A stretch of DNA of 64,000 nucleotides, taken from the NCBI GenBank assembly GCA_963797095.1, contig CAWCNY010000003.1:1024001-1088000 (forward strand). Reading direction: 5' to 3'. The notes beneath the pieces were generated by a model, which saw only the letters and a list, made by a program, of their open reading frames with translations, was not told where the DNA came from and did not search any database. The position numbers and the translations under genes are program-made. This stretch comes from an uncultured Chloroflexia bacterium (GTDB lineage Bacteria; Chloroflexota; Chloroflexia; QHBQ01; JADMIH01). Of this stretch, positions 1 through 9,700 are shown one piece after another; positions within the stretch are counted from its first letter, which is position 1, and every line of letters starts with the position of its first letter.

Positions 1-9
1 TCGCGGTAA

Positions 10-699
10 ATGGCAACTAAAAGCTCGGATGCGGACACTGAAAGCGGTCGTGGGCGGTTGCAGCGCGATGGGATCGTGAGCATCGCCCTCGACCTTATGA
101 ACAGGATCGGGTTGGATGCGTTGACATTGCGCCGCCTCGCACAGGAACTGCACGTGCAGGCCCCGGCCCTGTACTGGCATTTCAAGAATAAGCAGGAATT
201 GCTGAACGCGATGGCGGAGACGATGGTGCTTTCGTCTTATCCTTCGGATGCGGCTGCTGAAGAGATGGTACAGCTTGAATGGTCAGAATGGCTGGGCGTG
301 ATGGCGAACACCCTCCGGAATACGCTTCTGAAGTATCGGGATGGTGCGCGCCTTTTCGCGGTGGCAGAGGTGTCGAAGGGCGCGCTTTTTGGCCTCGACC
401 TGGCGCTGGGGGTGCTTGTGAAGGCGGGCTTTGGCTACCAGGAGGCGCTGATCGGTGTGTCTACCATTGTGAACTATACGCTGGGCATTACGTTTGAGGA
501 CCAGACTACCACCAGGCGCGAGGGCGCGGCGGAGTATTTTCGGGAGCTTCTGGCCGCGAGCAATTTGCCGCACGTAACGGCGGCACTTGGCGATATTACG
601 GAGGTGCAACCGCCGGACTCGGATTATGAATTCGAGTTGGGGCTGCAGGTAATAATCGCGGGTATTAAGACGATGCATCAAGTAGATGCAGGGGCATGA
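10..699 (+). CDS. TetR family transcriptional regulator (TetR_C type)
   Basis: N-terminal HTH 'GLDALTLRRLAQELHVQAPALYWHFKNKQELL'; C-terminal 'FELGLQVIIAG' typical of TetR_C. Confidence 0.92.
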   Translation: MATKSSDADTESGRGRLQRDGIVSIALDLMNRIGLDALTLRRLAQELHVQAPALYWHFKNKQELLNAMAETMVLSSYPSDAAAEEMVQLEWSEWLGVMANTLRNTLLKYRDGARLFAVAEVSKGALFGLDLALGVLVKAGFGYQEALIGVSTIVNYTLGITFEDQTTTRREGAAEYFRELLAASNLPHVTAALGDITEVQPPDSDYEFELGLQVIIAGIKTMHQVDAGA

Positions 700-758
700 A
701 ACATCTCGGAGTTGAGACACAGCTTAGCAGGTGTGCAATCTGGTTTAGAAAGCCCCTC

Positions 759-2084
759 TTACCCGAAGAAGGTCTGGTAGACCAGGAAGATGTTGAGGGC
801 AACTATCAAGGCGGCCACTATGCTGATGACTATGATAGTGCCTTTGTGGTTTACCAGGTTGCCCATCAGCTTGCGCTTGCTGGTGAATATAGCGAGCGGG
901 ATAAGGGCGAACGGTATACCGAAGCTGAGCACCACCTGGCTGATTACCAGTGTGATTGTCGGCTCGAAGCCTATGGCGATTACAGCCAGGGCGGGCAGCA
1001 TCGTGACGGTTCGCCTGAGCCATAGCGGTATAGTGCGCTTGAGGAAGCCCTGCATGATCACCTGCCCGGCCATAGTGCCCACCGCCGACGAGGAGAGGCC
1101 TGAAGCCAGCAAGCTGATAGCGAAGACGGTGCTCGATGCGTCGCCCAGGAGAGGGATAAGGGTCTTGTGAGCGTCCTCGATGGTGCCGATGTCGGAGTGG
1201 CCCGTGCTGAAGAAGGTAGAGGCTGCCATGATCAGCATCGCGGCATTGATCAAGCCCGCCATACCCATGGCGATCACCACGTCTATTATCTCGAACCTGA
1301 GCAGTCGCTTGGCCTGGCCTTCATTAGCCGGGCGCACGCGGTCCTGGGTGAGAGACGAGTGGAGGAAGATCACGTGGGGCATAACGGTCGCGCCCAGGAT
1401 ACCTACCGCCAGCAAGACGCTGTTGGTATCCGCGAACTGGGGCGTAACAGAATGGATGGCAATCTGTCCCCAGTCGGGCTTCCCTATCACAAGTTCTATC
1501 AGGTAGCACCCGGCTATCACGCCTACGAGAGCGCCGATCACGGCCTCAAGCGGGCGGAAGCCGTAGCTCTGGAGGGCCAGGATCAGGAATGTGACTATGG
1601 CTGTGAGGAAACCTGCCACCAGCAACGGCATACCGAACAGGAGGTTGAAGCCGAGGGCTGCCCCCAGGAACTCGGCAAGGTCGGTTGCCATAGCCACGAC
1701 CTCGGACAACACCCACATGCCCCACACCACCGGCCTGGGGAATTCTTCGCGGCAGGTTTCGGCGAGGTTCTTGCCTGTGGCGATACCCAGCTTGGCTGAG
1801 AGGGTCTGGATAAGCATCGCCATGAGGTTGCTGGCGACGATCACCCAGATAAGCATATAGCCATACTGCGCGCCGCCCGAAATGTTGGTCGCGAAGTTGC
1901 CGGGGTCTACATAGGCTACGCTTGCTATGAAAGCCGGGCCGATGAAGGGGAGAAGCGCTCTTAGCCCACGCCTCTTGCCGGTGAGCACCTGGTTGGCCGA
2001 GTGCAGCGTCCGGGTATCGCCCGGCCTGTCAGCTATTGCCGTGCCCTGTTCTCTTGTATATCTATCGTCTGCTATAGCGCTCAT
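759..2084 (-). CDS. mntH: Nramp family Mn2+/Fe2+ transporter
   Basis: Signature motifs 'AYVDPGN', 'ATDLAEFLG', 'GATVMPH', 'GTMAGQVIMQGF'; multi-TM. Confidence 0.96.
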   Translation of the reverse strand: MSAIADDRYTREQGTAIADRPGDTRTLHSANQVLTGKRRGLRALLPFIGPAFIASVAYVDPGNFATNISGGAQYGYMLIWVIVASNLMAMLIQTLSAKLGIATGKNLAETCREEFPRPVVWGMWVLSEVVAMATDLAEFLGAALGFNLLFGMPLLVAGFLTAIVTFLILALQSYGFRPLEAVIGALVGVIAGCYLIELVIGKPDWGQIAIHSVTPQFADTNSVLLAVGILGATVMPHVIFLHSSLTQDRVRPANEGQAKRLLRFEIIDVVIAMGMAGLINAAMLIMAASTFFSTGHSDIGTIEDAHKTLIPLLGDASSTVFAISLLASGLSSSAVGTMAGQVIMQGFLKRTIPLWLRRTVTMLPALAVIAIGFEPTITLVISQVVLSFGIPFALIPLAIFTSKRKLMGNLVNHKGTIIVISIVAALIVALNIFLVYQTFFG

Positions 2085-2102
2085 GTTATCCTGCTACGAA
2101 AA

Positions 2103-2120
2103 ATTTAGGCTTGTCTAAAT
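2103..2120. promoter_or_regulatory. DtxR/MntR-family operator, copy 1 (ATTTAG-N6-CTAAAT)
   Basis: Palindrome atttaggcttgtctaaat just downstream of the predicted mntH -10. Confidence 0.75.
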
Positions 2121-2128
2121 CCTAAGGC

Positions 2129-2157
2129 AGTATAACATGAACATAGGCGGAAGTCAA
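2129..2157 (-). promoter_or_regulatory. sigma70 promoter of mntH
   Basis: Minus strand TTGACT (2157-2152), 17-nt spacer, TATACT (2134-2129) with TGn extension. Confidence 0.8.
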
Positions 2158-2178
2158 GAGGTTTTTACACGAAAACGG

Positions 2179-2207
2179 TACTAATTTTAGGTCGATCTAA
2201 ATTAGTA
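2179..2207. promoter_or_regulatory. DtxR/MntR-family operator, copy 2
   Basis: tactaattttaggtcgatctaaattagta has the same TTTAG-N6-CTAAA core; overlaps the nrfD stop codon. Confidence 0.7.
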
Positions 2208-3266
2208 TTCACTGTTTGCGCGCCAGCCGGGCGAGCCTTTTCGTGGTCTCGTGGTTCGCAATGTGCCCTCACGGTCGGCGGCGGAAGGTTTGCCTGCCTG
2301 CACCACGGCCCATCGCAGCAGCGCGCCACCCGCAAGCGCGGCGATGCTGGACAAAGCGCCCACACGCTTATCGTGCTTGCCGGTGGCGAGGCTTGCCAGT
2401 TCTATCAGGGTAGAGGCGGCAAGGCAGGCGGCAGCCCCGGCCAGCAGCTTCCCCGAGAAACCTTGCAGCAAATGGCGCTGTCCCTCGCCGGAGGTTGCGA
2501 CATATCCCGCAAGCAACGCCGCTTCGGTGACACCCGCAGCCGCGCCCAGGGCGGTCATTTCCACGGCTTCTTCAGACGTTTCGCGGTTGGTGAGGATGGC
2601 TGCCAGGTTGGTGGCGGCGATACCTGTGCCAAAAGCACTTGACATAAAGAGAGCGCCGAGGAGAGGGCTGGAGTGCCAGACAGGGATGCTGGTCGTGCCG
2701 AGGAGCACGCCCGTGTAGCCCGCCAGCAGGAAGGAACTTGGGATGCCGAGGGCCGCGAGAAGGCGCTCAGGGAGGAGGCGCAGGATGCCTGTAAGGAGAG
2801 GCAGGCGTCCCAACAGGAGTCCCTCGTCGGCCAGCATCCTGGCGACGATGAGGGTCGCGCCCGCGCCGTGGGTGAAGAGCGCCCACGATCCAAGGTTCAT
2901 GGGGGAGGCGGGCTTGAAGATGCGCAGCATGTGGTGGAAGCGCTGGGGCATGCCCAGGTCGTCGATCAGCAGAGGTGGGCAGGGGAGGAGGGTGGCAAAG
3001 GAGACGTAGTGGGCGGTGCGTGCCAACTGCTTGTGACGGTGGGGGTCCATCACTTCGGCAATGGAGCCGAGCATTGCCGCGCCAGCCGATACGCCACCGA
3101 AGAAGAAGTATGCCGCGATCTCGTGGTTCCAGGTGGGCTGCTTGAGGATGGGTATATCGCGGTACGCATCGCGGGGGTCTATGTGCGCGGCTCCGTAAGG
3201 GTTCTTTTCAGGCATCGCGCTCTCCGATCTGGTGGATACAATTGACGTTTGTTTGCCTACCGGCAT
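2202..3266 (-). CDS. NrfD/PsrC family membrane anchor subunit of the formate dehydrogenase complex
   Basis: 'PILKQPTWNHEIAAYFFFGG', 'DLGMPQRF', 'SPMNLGSW', 'YTGVLL..TSIPVW' are NrfD motifs; last gene of the fdh run. A better RBS-ATG at 3292 is out of frame. Confidence 0.88.
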   Translation of the reverse strand: MPVGKQTSIVSTRSESAMPEKNPYGAAHIDPRDAYRDIPILKQPTWNHEIAAYFFFGGVSAGAAMLGSIAEVMDPHRHKQLARTAHYVSFATLLPCPPLLIDDLGMPQRFHHMLRIFKPASPMNLGSWALFTHGAGATLIVARMLADEGLLLGRLPLLTGILRLLPERLLAALGIPSSFLLAGYTGVLLGTTSIPVWHSSPLLGALFMSSAFGTGIAATNLAAILTNRETSEEAVEMTALGAAAGVTEAALLAGYVATSGEGQRHLLQGFSGKLLAGAAACLAASTLIELASLATGKHDKRVGALSSIAALAGGALLRWAVVQAGKPSAADREGTLRTTRPRKGSPGWRANSEY

Positions 3267-3323
3267 CTGGCGGCCTCTTGCGTGCGATACATGTGTATTT
3301 ATCTCCTCGTCGCACCAGGTGCT

Positions 3324-4103
3324 TCACAGAATATCCAGATCATGAGTAAGTAGCATTTCGTTGTAGTCGGGTGAGGCGAGTATGCAGTCGCCGTTGGGCG
3401 CGAAGATAAACGAGCCGCCCGGGAAATCTTCATCTACGGTGGAGCCTGTTTGGGTGGCTACAGCGATGTAGAGGCCATAGCTGCGTGCGCAGTTGGGGAG
3501 GCAGTGGGCCAGGTGTTGCGTGTACCAGTCGAAGCCGTCCTGCCATTCGGCGGGGGTGGTGCGGCGGCCGCAGAGGCCGGGGGCGGAGGAATGGAGAACG
3601 AGGCGTGCGCCACAGTGGGCCGCGTCGGCGAATACCTGGGGGTTGTCGCTGTCGGCGCAGATGGCGAGGGCCACGGGTATGGTCCCACCGGGGAGGTTGA
3701 GGTGGAAGATGGACGTAGTGTCACCGGGCGAAAACCAATCGGCTTCTTCGCCTACGACGTGTCGCTTGCGGTAGGAGCCGAGGAGACGGCCGCTTTGGGC
3801 GAGTAGCTGGGTGATGTAAGGCTTGCCGCCCGTGGGGTTGGTTTCGATGAAGCCCGCGGAGGCTATTATGCGGTATCTGGCAGTGAGGGCTATGAACTGG
3901 CTGACCCACCCGGATTCGAGAGGTTGGACGCTGTCAGGGTAAAAGGTGGGGTCGTTGTAGCCGGAGAGGGACATCTCGGGGAAGATGATTATGCCGCAGC
4001 GCTGGGTTGCGGCGGCGGCCATGTAGTGTTCGACCCGTTGGAGATTGCCTGCCCAGTCGGCTTTCTCGGAGCGCATCTGGGCGAGGGCTATGCGGAGGTG
4101 CAT
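3324..4103 (-). CDS. Carbon-nitrogen hydrolase (nitrilase superfamily)
   Basis: Glu-Lys-Cys triad motifs 'FPEMSLSGY', 'YRKRH', 'AICAD'. Confidence 0.9.
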   Translation of the reverse strand: MHLRIALAQMRSEKADWAGNLQRVEHYMAAAATQRCGIIIFPEMSLSGYNDPTFYPDSVQPLESGWVSQFIALTARYRIIASAGFIETNPTGGKPYITQLLAQSGRLLGSYRKRHVVGEEADWFSPGDTTSIFHLNLPGGTIPVALAICADSDNPQVFADAAHCGARLVLHSSAPGLCGRRTTPAEWQDGFDWYTQHLAHCLPNCARSYGLYIAVATQTGSTVDEDFPGGSFIFAPNGDCILASPDYNEMLLTHDLDIL

Positions 4104-4108
4104 CACTC

Positions 4109-4903
4109 TTACCTCCTCGCAAGGATCGTGAAGAGGTCATCGTCAGGGGTGGCAGGCTCGAAGGTGAAGCCTTTGAGCATGGTTATGTCGCTGAAGCCTG
4201 CGTCGCGGAAGAGGGCTAATGTCTCTTCCTGCGAATACCAGCGCGTGGCGGGGGAGCGCTTGTGGTGCTCGGTGTGGATTACTTCGGCGTCGCTGAGCAA
4301 CTCGTAGCGATCTTCGGTGTGTTCGAGCTTGTTGCGGAGGTCGTAGGTTGAGCGCGATGTGCGGCGGACGGTGAGACCGTCTTCGGGGCGGACGCGCTCT
4401 TTGGGCGGGCCCCATTCTTCCTCTATGGTATCGCTGTCGCTTGGCTGCGTCCACAGGATCATGAAAGGCATGGCCAGGGTGCCGCCGGGGAGAAGATGGC
4501 CGTAGAAGCGGATCATGGCTTCGTGGGCGTTGGCGGGGTCTAGCACAAGCTGGAAAGAGCTTGAGGGGACGAGGATGGTCATGTATTTACGGGGGAGGGC
4601 GAGGCTTTCCATTGTTTGAAGATAGACGTTGGGGTGGAGGCCCATCTTTTGGGCTTTTTCACGCAGGAGGTTGAGCATTTCGGGAGAGTTGTCGACGCCG
4701 TCGATATCGATGCCTTGCTGGAGGTAGGGGAGGAGGAGGCGACCTGTGCCGCAGCCTACATCGAGTACAGGCTGGCCCGTTTTGGGGATGAGCTCGTTGT
4801 AGAAGAGGGTGTCTTCCCAGTTGGATGTGTCGCCCCGGAAGAGGTCCCAGGATTGGGCCATGAGGCCGCTGTATTCGTAATCTTGTGCTTGGTTTTGCGC
4901 CAT
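4109..4903 (-). CDS. Class I SAM-dependent methyltransferase
   Basis: 'VLDVGCGTGR', 'GVDNSPEML'; start taken at ATG 4903 behind an AG-rich RBS. Confidence 0.9.
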   Translation of the reverse strand: MAQNQAQDYEYSGLMAQSWDLFRGDTSNWEDTLFYNELIPKTGQPVLDVGCGTGRLLLPYLQQGIDIDGVDNSPEMLNLLREKAQKMGLHPNVYLQTMESLALPRKYMTILVPSSSFQLVLDPANAHEAMIRFYGHLLPGGTLAMPFMILWTQPSDSDTIEEEWGPPKERVRPEDGLTVRRTSRSTYDLRNKLEHTEDRYELLSDAEVIHTEHHKRSPATRWYSQEETLALFRDAGFSDITMLKGFTFEPATPDDDLFTILARR

Positions 4904-4962
4904 TGTTTTCCTTCTCTTATGCTGATCGAAACCCCTCTCGGGGGACTTCACTTTTGCACCCG

Positions 4963-5835
4963 TTACTTCTTTCTGAGGACCAAGGCGCTGGCGAGGCTGA
5001 GGCCGAGGCCGATGGCGGTGCTCCACAGGTATTTTTGCTTCATGCCGGAGGTGGGCATGGCGGGCGCTTCGGGGAGGTTGTAGGCGGCGGGCTCCTCGGT
5101 GAGGAGGAAGAAGGCGTTGAGGCGCTTGTACTCGCCCGCATCGCTTTCGCCGTAGAGATATGCGCCCGGCTGCTTTTCGCGTGCCTTGACCACGCGTTCG
5201 CGGGCCATCTGGCGCAACTCATCTATGGGGCCGAAGGTTATGGCGTCGGTGGGACAGGCTTTGGCGCAGGCAGGCTCGATGCCGTCCTTCTGGCGGTCGT
5301 AGCAGAGGGTGCACTTGTGGGCTTTGTGGTCGACCTCGCTGCGGCCAAGCACGCCGAAGGGGCAGGCGGCCACGCAATAGCCGCAGCCGTTGCACACGTC
5401 CTGCTGCACGTATACATCGTCGAATTCGTTGCGTATGAGCGCCCCGGTCGGGCAGACCAACTGGCAGGGGGCCGAGGTGCAGTGCTTGCACACGTCGCTG
5501 TTGAAGAGCCACCTGACCGATTGCGGATTGCGGATTGCGGATTGCGGATTGTTTTCGGCTTGATCTAAATCCGAATTCTGAGATCTGAAATCCGCTATTT
5601 CGGTGAAGGTGACGTGCCGCCAGGTGGTGGCCGACAGGGTGCGGGTGTTGTCGTAGCTCTGTCCCGACCACTCCATGCCGTCGGCTGGCAGGCCGTTCCA
5701 CTGCTTGCAGGCCACTTCGCAGGCTTTGCAGCCTATGCAGAGCGTGGAGTCGGTGAAGAAGCCCATCGCCTGCCGTTTGGGGGGCGCGTCTACCAGCTTT
5801 ATGCCTTCCCACAGGCCCGGTTTGATATCGCTCAT
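4963..5835 (-). CDS. Formate dehydrogenase iron-sulfur (beta) subunit, FdnH/FdoH-like
   Basis: 'DSTLCIGCKACEVACKQWN', 'CKHC...C...CP', 'CNGCGYCVAACP', 'KCTLC...PACAKACP'; C-terminal TM helix. Confidence 0.93.
   Translation of the reverse strand: MSDIKPGLWEGIKLVDAPPKRQAMGFFTDSTLCIGCKACEVACKQWNGLPADGMEWSGQSYDNTRTLSATTWRHVTFTEIADFRSQNSDLDQAENNPQSAIRNPQSVRWLFNSDVCKHCTSAPCQLVCPTGALIRNEFDDVYVQQDVCNGCGYCVAACPFGVLGRSEVDHKAHKCTLCYDRQKDGIEPACAKACPTDAITFGPIDELRQMARERVVKAREKQPGAYLYGESDAGEYKRLNAFFLLTEEPAAYNLPEAPAMPTSGMKQKYLWSTAIGLGLSLASALVLRKK
5519..5597. repeat. Inverted heptamer repeat array in-frame inside the FDH beta gene
   Basis: (TTGCGGA)x4 facing AAATCCG/AGATCTG/AAATCCG units; encodes 'ADFRSQNSDLDQAENNPQSAIRNPQS'. 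Confidence 0.8.
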
Positions 5836-5846
5836 ACGGTTATTCC

Positions 5847-6306
5847 TCAGAAATTTGCGCTGACACGCTCGCAAAACCGGCGGATCGTGTCGGATGCTGG
5901 CGGAATCTTGCTCGGATACCTGGAGCATTTTGAAGATGGGGGGTCCGACCAGTTCTGGCTGTAAATCATCTGCCCTGTTGATCGCGTGCAGATGGACATG
6001 GTTGAAGTGCGGCGCTTCTCCAAAGCAGGCGATGTATTCCTTCTTGCTGTCCAAAGTTGCATGAAGCGCATGCGTTGTCCGTCCAAGCAGTGACCCGAGT
6101 TCCGCAATCTCGTCGAGTGTCAGATTGTGCAGGGCTTCGGCGTGACGCTTGAGGATGATCACCAGCCAGCCCACCATGCCGCACGGGTATGCGTGCTCGA
6201 CCACCCAGTACGTGCCTGTGTAGACAGGCGGGGCAGGCGAGATGCGCCTTTTGCCGCTCAGGGAGAGGCACGAATAGCATTCGGGATCGTAGTGCTCTGC
6301 GCTCAC
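5847..6306 (-). CDS. HIT family protein (frameshift near 5897)
   Basis: 'CYSC', 'GWLVIILKRH', histidine triad 'HVHLH'; the plausible C-terminus 'DTIRRFCERVSANF*' is in another frame, so the ORF track fuses it to the FDH beta gene. Confidence 0.78.
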
Positions 6307-6311
6307 AACAA

Positions 6312-6689
6312 CTATTTCGTGGGTCTTTCCATGTACACTTCCACAAACTCTGTACATTCCCCGCTCTTGTTGAACTTCATCAGCCAGACATTGTAGTAGG
6401 TCCTGTCAATCGTTTTGCGGTCTTCGGTGAAGTAGTGGGTCCAGCCCACCGTGACCACGTTATCGCCGTCTACAGCATAAGGCTCGTACTCGGCGTCCCA
6501 GCTATCGGGGTCATCGCGCTCCTCAAGCCAGTTGGCGATGATCGCGTCGCGCCCGGTGACGGGGTCGCCCCACGGTTGGAAGCGATAGGTGGCGTCTTTG
6601 CTGAATAGCTCACCGACTATCTGAGTATCGTAGCTGCGCCACGCCTCGATGTATTTCTCAAGCCATTGTGCTACGCTTTCTCGGTTCAT
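6312..6689 (-). CDS. SnoaL-like / NTF2 family protein
   Basis: 'WLEKYIEAW...LFSKDATY...GRDAI...YYNVWLMKF...GECTEFVE'. Confidence 0.85.
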   Translation of the reverse strand: MNRESVAQWLEKYIEAWRSYDTQIVGELFSKDATYRFQPWGDPVTGRDAIIANWLEERDDPDSWDAEYEPYAVDGDNVVTVGWTHYFTEDRKTIDRTYYNVWLMKFNKSGECTEFVEVYMERPTK

Positions 6690-6703
6690 TGGGGCTCCTT
6701 TTT

Positions 6704-6796
6704 GGTAGTCGGTAGTCGGATTTAGTTCCTGGTTCCTGGTTCCTTCGGTCCATCGTCTTCCGACTACCGACTACCGACTACCGACTACCGATTACC
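6704..6796. repeat. Composite heptamer-repeat hairpin element
   Basis: (GGTAGTC)x2 ... (GTTCCTG)x2-3 ... (CGACTAC)x4-5; the outer arms are inverted. Confidence 0.85.
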
Positions 6797-6797
6797 A

Positions 6798-9700
6798 TCA
6801 CGCCGTCCCCCCTTCGGGCTGGGCCTGGTGGGGGGTTTGGGGCATTGGGCCTTGCCTTGGGCGGCGTGCCCACTGGACTGTTGGCTTGTCCATTGGCTGC
6901 GGAAGGCGGCCTTTGCGGATGTCGCACATGAAGGACTTGCCTTCGTGCATGCTTACGTTTGGTTCGGTGACCATAGGGGTCAACTCGTTGGCTTGCCCGC
7001 CTGTGACCTCGCCTGTGTAGCTGAAGTGGATCGGCACGCCGACCTGGTGGACCTCCTTGCCCTCGATAGTGAGGGTGTGGAGGCGAGGCGTGACCAGGGC
7101 ACGGGCTTCGATCTCTCCCCTGGGACTCGAAACTACTATCCAATCGCCGTTCTCGACGCCTCGTTCCTGGGCCAGTTGGGGGCTTATCTCCACGAACATG
7201 GCGGGCTGTAGCTCGTTGAGCCAGCTATCGAAGCGGCTCATGCCGCCGCTCAGGTAGTGCTCGGTGAGCCTGTAAGTGGTGGCGACGATGGGGTATTGAG
7301 GGTCGGCGGGCGGGGCGATTGGGTTGAAGGGCGAGTCCTCCACTTTGGCGGTAGGGTTGGCGCGCTGCTTGTAGAGGGGGTTGGCGATGGGCGATTCTAT
7401 CGGCTCGTAGTGCGTGGGCAGCGGGCCGTCCTTGATGCCGTTGGGCGCGAAAAGCCACCCCCTGCCGTCCGAGTGCATGATAAAGGGCGCATCGCCGTCT
7501 ATGGCGTCCATGCCTTGCGCGTTTTCGGGCGCGCGGTAGGTGGGCGGCTTATCGGGCGGGAAGTCGGGGGTGTCGTAGCCTGTCCACTTGCCCTGCTCCT
7601 CGTCCCACCAGATATAGCGCTTGCGCTCGCTCCAGGGCTTGCCTTCGGCGTCGGCGCTGGCGCGGTTGTACATCATGCGGCGGTTGGCAGGCCAGGCCCA
7701 GCCCCAATTCGATTTCGGATTGTAGATTGTAGATTGCGGATTGGGAGAGGGACGTTCGGCTGAGCGGTTGCGGTCTTCTTCGGGCCACACGCCTGAGTAG
7801 ATCCAGCACCCGCAGGCGGTGGTGCCGTCGTCTTTTAGCTCTGAGAAGCCTTTCAGGAGTACCGGGTTCCAAGTTCCAAGTTCCAAGTTCCTGGTTTCTA
7901 GTTCCTGGTCGGACTCGGCACTCGGCACTCGGTACTTGGTACTCACTCTGTACCCATTGATCTCACGTAGCACCTTGCCTGCGTCCGGCTCGTTTTCGAT
8001 GCGGCTCCTCGTGCCGTGGGGGAGCGTTTCGGGGTGGCCGGTGGCGTAATCCCACGTGAGGTTCAGGAGACCCTGGTCGCGATCTCTTGCGCTGCCCTTG
8101 TACATCTCCTTCAGGCGAAGGCCGAGGTTCCAGATAAACCAGAGGTCTGAGCGGCAATCGCCAGGCGGGTCTACGGCTTTGTCGTGCCATTGGAGCAGGC
8201 GCTGGGTGTTGGTGAGGGTGCCCGGCTTTTCGGCCACAGCGGCGGCGGGCAGATAGAATATCTCGGTGCCGATCTCTTTGGGATTGGGGTTGTCGGGGCC
8301 TTCGCGCCAGAACTCGGCGCTCTCAAGCAGGAAGAAGTCGCGCACCACTAACCACTTAAGGTGCTTGAGGCCCTCGCGGTTGAGCCTGGCGTTGGGCGCG
8401 CCCGCGGCGGGGTTCTGGCCTATCAGGAACAGGCCCTCCACCTCGTCCTTCGCCATATTAGCGAATGTCACCAGTTGCGAGTAGTCGCCGTCGATGCGGG
8501 GCAGCCACCCGAAGCCGAAGTCGTTGTCGGGTTGGGCGGCGTCGCCGTACCACGCCTTGAGGAGGCTCACCATGAACTTGGGCATATTGGCCCAGTAGCC
8601 GGTGGGGGTGACCTCGTTCTCCAGGTACTCGCCCAGCGAGTTGTGGCCGCGCCGGGAGTCGGGCTGGGGAAGGTAGCCGGGGAGGAGGTTGTAGAGGGTT
8701 GGGATGTCGGTCGAGCCCTGGATGCTGGCGTGGCCTCTCATCGCCATGATACCGCCGCCTGGCCTGCCCGCGTTGCCCAGGAGAAGTTGCAGGATACCCG
8801 CCGTCCTGATGATCTGAACGCCCGTGGTGTGCTGGGTCCATCCAAGGGCGTATACCATAGCCGCTGTGCGCTCGCGCCCTGAGTTCTGCATGAGGGCTTC
8901 GGCCACCGCCATGAACTGCTCTTGCGTGCATCCGCACGTATCGGCGACCACCTCAGGGGTGTAGCGCGAGTAGTGGCGGCGCAGGATGTTCAGTACGCAG
9001 TTGGGGTGCTGGAGGGTGGGGTCGCGGTGGGGCCTGCCTCTATGGTGTCCGGCGGTCGTCTTGCTCCACGACTCTGTTGACTGGCCCTGTGGCGTATGAG
9101 CAGATGGGGGCGGGTCGGTCCCTTCGTACTGCCAGTTGGCTTTGTGGAGGTCGTACTCGTGCGTTTGCTGGTTGAGACCGGAGAAGATGCCGTCCGCGTC
9201 CTCGGCGTCCACATACTTGTCGCTGACGATGGAGTTGGCGTTGGTGAAACTGAGCACGTACTCTTTGAACCAGCGGTCTTGCTCAAGTACCTGGTGGATG
9301 ATTCCGCCCAGGAAGACAATGTCGGTGCCTGTGCGGATCGGCACGTAGTCGGTGGCGGATGCGGAGGTACGGCTGAAGTGGGGATCGACGTGGATCACGC
9401 GCGCCCCTCGCTCACGCGCCTTCATCACGAAGCGGAAGCCCACCGGGTGCGCCTCGGCCATATTGCTGCCCATGATCAGGACACAATCAGCGTTCTGAAG
9501 ATCTTCCTGAAAAGATGTGGCCGCTCCGCGACCGAAGGAGGCGCTCAAACTGGGCACCGATGCGCTGTGTCATATACGAGCCTGGTTCTCGATTGCCACG
9601 ATCCCCAGGTTGTTGAACAGCTTCTTGATCAGGTAGTTCTCCTCGTTGTCGAGGGTGGCCCCGCCCAGGTGCGCGATAGAGGTGGTGTGGTTGAGGATGT

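Noticed and set aside
4963-6357. 464-aa ORF suggesting a HIT-ferredoxin fusion
   Set aside because: A plausible HIT C-terminus and stop lie in another frame, and the beta subunit has its own ATG at 5835; a single frameshift explains the fusion
9570-9572. fdhA as a pseudogene or two separate genes
   Set aside because: The stop is UGA at the catalytic Cys/Sec position and is followed by a SECIS-like hairpin
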